This document shows positions 63,489 through 64,000 of a DNA stretch of 64,000 nucleotides, piece by piece. The notes under the pieces are model-generated. The model was not told where the DNA came from. It made no database searches and was given only the letters and a program-made list of their open reading frames with translations. The stretch lies in the NCBI GenBank assembly GCA_046346635.1, contig JAXMHT010000007.1, forward strand, positions 22,283-86,282, written 5' to 3'. This DNA is from Verrucomicrobiaceae bacterium (GTDB lineage: Bacteria > Verrucomicrobiota > Verrucomicrobiia > Verrucomicrobiales > Verrucomicrobiaceae). Position numbers and translations under genes: made by a program. The first letter of the stretch is position 1, and the number at the start of each line of letters is the position of its first letter.

Positions 63489-64000
63489 TGAAGGGCATCA
63501 TTCTAGCCGGCGGAGCAGGTTCCCGCCTTTATCCACTCACGCAGGTTGCTTCGAAGCAACTCCAGCCGGTGTATGACAAGCCGATGGTGTATTACCCGCT
63601 CACGGTGCTCATTGCCTCCGGCATCCGCGAGTTCTGCCTGATCTCGACGCCGCAGGACATTCCGCGCTTTCAGCAGCTTCTCGGCGATGGAAAGCGCTGG
63701 GGCATCGCCATCGAGTATCGCGAGCAGGCAAGGCCAGAAGGGATCGCGCAGGCCTTTTTGATCGCCGACAGCTTCATCGGCAGCGATCCGGTCACGTTGA
63801 TCCTCGGTGACAACATCTTCTTCGGCGGCGACGCCTTCCCGCGTGCCTTTGCCGACTTCAAATCGGGCGCGACGATCTTCGCCTACCACGTGAACGACCC
63901 CGAGCGCTATGGCGTGGTCGAGTTCGGGCTCGATGGCAAAGCGCTTTCGATCGAGGAGAAGCCCGAGCATCCTCGCAGCAACTACGCCGTGCCCGGAGTT
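63488..64000 (+). CDS. rfbA: glucose-1-phosphate thymidylyltransferase, N-terminal part (3' end outside window)
   Basis: The ATG at 63488 overlaps the upstream TAA (TAATG). It gives [38 protein letters not shown]...GDNIFFG...ERYGVVEF. The frame is open to the window end, so it is absent from the ORF track. Confidence 0.9.
   Translation, partial: MKGIILAGGAGSRLYPLTQVASKQLQPVYDKPMVYYPLTVLIASGIREFCLISTPQDIPRFQQLLGDGKRWGIAIEYREQARPEGIAQAFLIADSFIGSDPVTLILGDNIFFGGDAFPRAFADFKSGATIFAYHVNDPERYGVVEFGLDGKALSIEEKPEHPRSNYAVPGV

Noticed and set aside
1-64000. CRISPR arrays, rRNA/tRNA genes, transposases, integrases, prophage or toxin-antitoxin/defence modules.
   Set aside because: I saw no regularly spaced direct repeats. 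No ORF carries recombinase, DDE transposase, nuclease-ATPase defence or phage structural motifs, and no tRNA-like or rRNA-like sequence was recognised. The only repeats found are those listed.

Overview
This window reads as a high-GC chromosomal segment of a PVC-superphylum bacterium, most likely Verrucomicrobiota. That placement is an inference from PEP-CTERM cargo proteins, two DUF1549/DUF1553 + DUF1501 gene pairs, an ECF sigma/Ser-Thr kinase pair, many twin-arginine exported enzymes and a SWIB-domain protein. Gene content from left to right: (1) a UDG fragment, a 7TM-HD protein with ybeY, a PQQ-like propeller, a PEP-CTERM haloperoxidase-like enzyme and a Cys-less FmdB-like small protein. 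(2) DUF1549/1553 + DUF1501 pair 1. (3) Two paralogous Tat-exported FAD oxidoreductases bracketing an unassignable 684-aa secreted protein. (4) An ECF sigma plus a 1116-aa multi-pass Ser/Thr kinase, abutting a LacI-associated glycan-degradation locus: a GH30-like enzyme, a LamG-BNR protein, a GH128-like enzyme and a 1753-aa protein with three BNR/sialidase-like modules. (5) A SWIB protein, then an mrdA-dsbD-like unit. (6) The str/S10/spc ribosomal cluster, rpsL through rplX. It carries an extra secreted coiled-coil gene between rpsS and rplV, and it ends at a strong terminator after rplX instead of continuing to rplE. (7) A stretch with atypical codon usage holding a Pro-rich protein, a TPR lipoprotein and a PEP-CTERM protein. 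(8) DUF1549/1553 + DUF1501 pair 2. (9) A LysM protein divergent from an amidase, an ABC permease/ATPase pair, a TPR-like protein plus a double-FGE-domain protein, a carbamoyltransferase and the start of rfbA. I recognised no rRNA, tRNA, CRISPR array, transposase, integrase or phage gene. The best candidates for something undescribed are the gene embedded in the S10 operon, the FAD-oxidoreductase/unknown/FAD-oxidoreductase triad, the BNR-rich locus with a palindromic-repeat-flanked cassette, and the duplicated DUF1549/1553-DUF1501 modules with CxxCH and Met-rich motifs. All family calls come from motif recognition by eye and no database search was run. Start codons are often ambiguous because the ORF track also uses GTG/TTG starts.
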